The position numbers and the translations under genes were made by a program. Shown here piece by piece: positions 58,701 through 64,000 of a stretch of 64,000 nt of DNA. How positions within the stretch are numbered: position 1 is the stretch's first letter; each line of letters opens with the position of its first letter. The DNA is taken from contig OZ116710.1 in assembly GCA_964199315.1 (NCBI GenBank), positions 1,984,001 to 2,048,000 of the forward strand, written 5' to 3'. Source of the DNA: Orbicella franksi (Eukaryota). The notes under the pieces were generated by a model. It saw only the letters and a program-made list of their open reading frames with translations. It was not told the DNA's origin and searched no databases.

Positions 58701-61613
58701 TTTTATGTGCAAAATAATGGTCAAATTTTAGGCTGTTTGAGAGTTGAAGATTAACCTTTGTAACTCTCGGTGAGAGTTGACAAAACTGTTTTTCAACTTC
58801 GAAAGTCCTCGCTGTTGCTTTTACCTACAGGATTTCGTATCTACAGCCGTGTACACGAAAAAGGACAAAATTATACGTTTAAAGGCCGAGACAACTGATC
58901 TTTTTTAAATTAAGTCACCTGAGTATGAACCGAGTTTCAGCTTGTACTTGTCATTCTCACTCATAACACCAAACTTGTTATACTCGGCATAAGCAGTATT
59001 CCCCTCAAAGTCTTCCAAGTCCACACGCAGCATGCTGTTATTATCTGAGGTCAGGCGGTGAACTTTGTCCAGTCCGAGCCAAAATTCACCATTCAGGTCA
59101 CCAAAACCAACTTTGTAATCGCTCCAGTTAAGGAAAAAATCAACAGAACCGTCCAGTCTCTTCTGGAACACTGTCCATCCCCCACCGGCTGTTGTTTGTT
59201 CACAAAACACATCAAAGGCAGGCAGGTTGTCAGGTTTGATAGTGTACACACCGTCTTTTCTTCCGCCAGATTTATAAATTTCTCCACAGTTTTTGTAAGC
59301 TGCCGAAGCTGCGACTTGCTGTTCTGATCATATACAATATCAACCATCAGTGCCCAACCTCAAAAATGTTTTAATGGAAAAATGGCACTTGATACAAAAT
59401 CAGCCTTCTCTACGGCAAATTTTCAAAGAGCCACCACTAATATCGTATAAAAGAGGTAAATCCCTAAAAGACATACTCGTAAGAGCAAAACTATAAAGGG
59501 GTCATATCATGTAAGTTACATGGTACAAAAGTTTCCATTGTTAGAAGTTGTGCAGGCCTGTCACTCCTTGCTAATTCCTACATTAGGTTGCACAGCATTG
59601 TAATTACTCTGAATTTGTCTGCTTTCAGGCAATCACAGTGAAGTAATTTCTCCGTCATATAATAAAGTGATGATAGTTGGACTGAGTAGAGTTCAAATCG
59701 GTTTTGGCATCGACCCGGCTGTCAATTCTTTGTCTTAGAAACAACGGACGGCGCCTGATGATTCTAATAATGTAGTCAAACGAACCACTTCCCAAGAAGG
59801 GTATTTCCTCAGCGAGGTACTATAGGAGAATCTTTGTTGATGTCATTGTTTACATTTTTCTTCATTAACATACGACTTTGTGCAGAGCAGGCATCACGCT
59901 AGACACGAATTGACTACAAACATTTAAAGAGCTTGTCACATTTAGTAATTGGTGAAATTCTTGGCTCTTTGGTTGAAATATTCGAGGAGAAATTGGCTTT
60001 ACAAAACTGCAAAATTTTCTGGGTGGCAAAAGCGCTAATGAGCTTACACATTCTTTGTAAAATTTGGAGTTTCTAAACCCGCGTCGCACACGGAAAGTAT
60101 TCGATACATCAGGCTCAAATTCCTTGGGACAGTAAATCATACTATGCCCTTTCAATATTCAGAACACTTTCTGTAGCTCCATCAGAAACTGTATCGCTTA
60201 TGCAATGAGGCAAATATTATAAATAAAGATTATCCTATCCAAGAGATAGCAGACGTTTTACACTGTTATTACAGCTTGCCCAAGTTTTACACGAAAAGAA
60301 GAGTCTACCTGAACACGAGCGACCATCTCCGGTAAATCCTTCCTTACAAGTGCAGTTATGTCCGCCAACAGTGTTGGTGCAGTTTGCATTCACGTCACAG
60401 TCATGGTTGCCGGTGATACATTCATCGACATCTATAGTGCAAACGATTAAAAAAGAACTTTTCAGTGTTATAAAGAAGATGAAAATGCTGTGATACTCAT
60501 GGAGAAGTCCAAGAGTTTACTTCTATTTTAAACAGAGACGAAATCAACAAAATCAAAACTCAAGTCATGCTAAAAACAACACAGAGAGGACATGAAAGCT
60601 GATCCTCAGTAACCTCCTAAGTCCATGTCACAATAAACCAAAACTGCCTCTCCATTCGCAGTTGGATCCAGCCAGTACTTGCTGCTAATGGTGTCTTTGC
60701 CTTCGCTTGCCTTTATTTCCTGACATGAATGCGCTGGGAGCTCCGGAATAGAACCCAGAGGAGCTTGGATCAAAAAAAGGGAGGAAAAAAAAATACAAAT
60801 TTACCAATTATACTGTGGTTTCTGTTATGATAAATACAGTGTTTCTGTCGATCGAGGCTGAGAGCTGCCCACAGAAATCTTGATTTTAATAAAATATTAA
60901 AAACTTGGAAAAAGTCATCATTTCATCGAGATACGCTGATATGGAAAAAAAAAATAAGTAACTACTTTCAGGGAGCCATTACCCAGAAAACTTCCAGGGA
61001 TGAAATTTGCGAAAATTTTGCAAATGGGCACAATTAAACTTTGGCACTAGTTAGAAATTCCTCTTGAAGGAAAAGCCCTTCAAGAGCATTAAAGAGCATT
61101 AAATTTTCGGGAAAACAGCGTTTCATTACTCCGGGTAAAATTTTAGGCATTAATAGAAATCGTAAGCACAGACACTTTTAAAACAATGACGGAAAATGGG
61201 AGTTTTATATTCTTCCTTTAACGATAACATTGAACTCCCGGTTGATGTTCGCCTCTCAAACTGGCGTCTGTGTTTAAGCTTTCTTATTTTTTTTCGCACA
61301 TACCCCGGTTGCTCAAGCGTCTTTTGTAAAACCGTGCCGGATCTGAGCGGAAATGCTCGGGCCTTGCCTCCTTGGTGCGGTTATTTAGTTCGCAGGACTT
61401 TTCTCCTAAGACGTAGTTATAGCTTTGACAGGTGATTTCTGTTTCACAGCTGATATCACACTCGTGAAGAGCTCTAACGAAGAACTTTTTCAAGATGAAT
61501 CCCTGTAAAGCCATCCCATTTATGCTCCGTTCCTCTCTGCATTGCTTGCCAGCAGATACGCGATCCATACAGAAGCCGGCGAAGAGAAAAAAGCAGCGAA
61601 CGGTCCACAACAT
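55717..61613 (-). CDS. FReD-4 (type II): signal+PAN - 50-aa module - EGF-Ca - fibrinogen domain, about 414 aa, reading frame intact
   Basis: Exons 61613-61304 (MLWTVRCFFLFAGFCMDRVSAGKQC...CQSYNY...CELN), 60763-60614, 60431-60309, 59299-58919, 55997-55717. GT-AG; 1245 nt. Both fibrinogen-exon acceptors have retroelements immediately upstream. Confidence 0.78.
56074..56112 (-). ncRNA. Inverted copy of the hammerhead (sense in the FReD-4 pre-mRNA)
   Basis: Reverse complement of 57393-57431, about 80 nt upstream of the terminal-exon acceptor. Confidence 0.72.
57393..57431 (+). ncRNA. Minimal hammerhead ribozyme in the pLTR
   Basis: caa-CUGAAGA (57396-57402)-U-GACAGA-agc-UCUGUC-GAAAC-AU-GUC (57426-57428)-uug. 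Perfect 6-bp stem II; palindromic ACAUGU stem III. Confidence 0.75.
57685..58470. mobile_element. Two adjacent MITE-like elements in the FReD-4 fibrinogen intron
   Basis: About 57685-58037: ggggggtacgtcc...gggagtacccctcccggg termini. About 58220-58466: gggttacttactatttac...gtaaatggtaagcaccc imperfect TIRs. Confidence 0.55.
59330..59575 (+). mobile_element. 3' fragment of a Penelope-like element whose ORF stops before any GIY-YIG domain
   Basis: Translates IQYQPSVPNLKNVLMEKWHLIQNQPSLRQIFKEPPLISYKRGKSLKDILVRAKL* (stop near 59495). Not present in the FReD-2 paralog intron. Confidence 0.7.
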
Positions 61614-63369
61614 TTTCCAGGACTTTTAATTTGTAACTGTGGGGAGATTAACACAAACAAAACTACTAATTTTAGGAAAGACATTCACGAAACTCAAGGC
61701 ATCGTTCAATTAATAGGCTCCACCAAAAAATCATTGGCTTTTTCTGGCTTGTCTTGGGTACTTGAAAGCCGGAGCTTTTTAAAGTTCTTAGTTGCACTAA
61801 CCTTTCTGGCTCACGTTTTCTTCTTCTGCGATTTTTTACGGCAACGCAACAGAGAAATTGTCGACTCCGGCGTAATAAAATGGAAAATAGTATCAGACAG
61901 TACGAGAATTATAAAGATTTTTTTCCAACACACGTTGTGGATGAGTTAATTTTTGTGATAGCAGAATTAACAACCAATATAAACTTACTGAAAGATAGCG
62001 GTTGGGCGAGATACTGTGATGGGGGTCTTACAAAGCTCACCCTGTTAATGAGCATAAGCAGCTTGCACACCAGCTGCAGTAAACTATGACGTTGAAATGT
62101 AAGTTTATATGTTATTGGAAAATTGAAGACCTCCGGGCAATGTTAGTAAGAACTACTTAATTTTCCTTTATTCAAATTTGAATTAATAGTGAAAAGCTTT
62201 CTTTTTTGTAAAACCAGCCGCAGGATGTCATTAATTTTTGTAATTCTGTTTCTAGTTCTTCCTTTTGTGTTCCCGCTACACCCTGCACTGATCTCGTAAC
62301 CGCGCTGTTTTGGGGAAAATAAATTGATGTTTTTAGAATGGGCGTTTTGTTTATGTTCCTGTCTGCCTGTGAAATAATTTCAGATAATGCTTTCGACATT
62401 CACTAGTTGTTATGGTTTATTTGCAACACGCGGTGTTCCCTTTGTGGGAAAATATGTAAAATTAAACCACGAAAAGAATATTTAAGGTGGCTGGTTATAC
62501 TTTGATAGATCAATACTACCAATCTTTATCAAGTGATGTTGATAGTAGTATCACAATAATGCCCAATCATTGGTGAACACATTTTGGTTCTCTTTGTCAC
62601 ATAATAGGCTACCATAGCAGCAGTAAAACCTGTTAAAAAGTTAGGACCTTATTACTCCATCGTCGTCTTTGAAAAACAAAACAAAGCATAAAATTTATTA
62701 ACTTCATGCTTATACAAAAGCTGATTTTTTTTATAGGTCTGCAAGCGGAGTTTAAAAGTTTATATATAGCGTGTCATTAAGCGCTGCTAAAAGAGGAAGC
62801 AAAACTAAAGCCCAAATTAATTGCGGACGTTTTAGAGAGCAGGTGATAAAAAATATGCTGTATATCTCTTTTACTGGTGGCAGATCATTCCATTAGCAGC
62901 AATACCGAATTCAAAGTACATATTAATTATTGAAACAAACTTTTGTCTGAATCACCAACGTAAAAGTTATTCGAAACGCAGCAAAAATGTGTGTCAGGGA
63001 AACTTTTCGGGGTTATAGTCTCCGAGGTAAAGAACAAGTCAATACGCACGGTTGATATCAGTTGAATCTCGCTATTTCTAATCGAACTCTCAGGGGAAAC
63101 GGAAAATAGTTCTGAAATTACGGGGTCCAACTTTGTCTGACATGTCAGAGCAGGCGATAATGCAGAGAATTTAACTAGAGTAGATCTAATTATTTACATG
63201 CAAAATCAAGAGATGTGGAAAACCTACTAAAATTAAGAAAAATAGGGTAGGTGTAGAGTTAATGGTTCACGCTGGTGGAAAAGTGGAACAGTACACGGCA
63301 CCGCGGCGGGCTCAGGTGTTTGGAGGATGTAGTTCATGGTGTGAGTGTCGATAGTGCCTTACGATGAAG

Positions 63370-63545
63370 TGCATTAACTCAGCATTTTATCAGGTTCCTT
63401 TAGTAATTCACCAATCGCCGGGGCTGAGACAGTTAAGAGAGTAGAGTGGCTTCCCAGGAAAAGCAACACTGGCCAGAGCTAAAACCCCGAATTGTTCGAT
63501 CCGGACCTGAGACAACCTCACTAGCATTCGGGTTACCGCACCTCC
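63370..63545 (-). mobile_element. Degenerate tRNA-derived SINE
   Basis: The minus strand begins GGAGGTGCGGTAACCCGAATGCTAG...CCGGATCGAAC (tRNA-like head), followed by the SINE body. Confidence 0.55.
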
Positions 63546-63598
63546 TTTGGAGAATATTCTTGTGATTCTGCACGTTACACATTAAGAAATGTACTTAC

Positions 63599-63698
63599 CA
63601 GAGCAACCAAAACATAGTGGGTATATGACTCCAAGCGAAACAGTCAGGATACATACAATAGTTGCGATTTTACACTCGGAAATCTGAAAAGAAGCCAT
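63599..63698 (-). CDS. Orphan type I-like signal-peptide exon (MASFQISECKIATIVCILTVSLGVIYPLCFGCS|G), phase-1 donor GTAAGT
   Basis: Similar pattern to the first exons of FReD-1 and FReD-3 (ends LCxGCx + G|GTAAGT). No type I PAN exon follows before FReD-4. Confidence 0.6.
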
Positions 63699-64000
63699 CC
63701 TTTTGGATGTTTGTGGCGAGTCGTACGAAAAGTGATTGCTCGTGAGTTTAAGCAAGAAAATATCACTCACTTTGGACAGGAAGGCAAACTTAAACAGGTT
63801 GTCATTTGTCACAAACTTAATGACATAGTCATAAATTTTCATGAGTCCAACATTGTTGAGTCGTGGGTTTGTTTTAATTAATGCATCACACAAGACGAGA
63901 GAACCTATGGTAAGAATTTACTTCTCTTATACAAGCTAATTACCTAGCACAGATATAGCTGATAGTTGGACAAACTCTGAGCTGAGAAATGACTGATGCG

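Noticed and set aside
63490-63545. tRNA-like sequence on the minus strand
   Set aside because: It is a decayed SINE head attached to the SINE body and cannot form a proper cloverleaf.

Overview
Animal genomic DNA with GT-AG introns. It is most likely a stony coral or other anthozoan; this is inferred from the histone sequences, the PAN-EGF-fibrinogen gene style and the repeat families, not from a database search. The left 26 kb holds a complete 21-exon PPP4R1 gene (+), a solitary head-to-head H2A/H2B pair with no histone stem-loops, and an intronless CSRNP/Axud1 gene. The right 38 kb is a minus-strand tandem array of secreted PAN-EGF-fibrinogen-domain (FReD) genes in two alternating architectures. 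FReD-1 and FReD-4 have intact frames, FReD-2 has one frameshift, and FReD-3 is a pseudogene. There is also a relic of a fifth gene and an orphan signal-peptide exon. Different exons of these genes show different nearest relatives, so the genes are mosaic. The array carries Penelope-like insertions with fold-back inverted repeats, 12-14 bp target-site duplications (TSDs) and hammerhead ribozyme motifs, a decayed hAT-type transposon with a 5-bp TSD, and many MITEs/SINE/LINE fragments. All exon, repeat and difference counts were read by hand. Repeat boundaries may be off by some bases, and MITE family assignments rest on pattern recognition.
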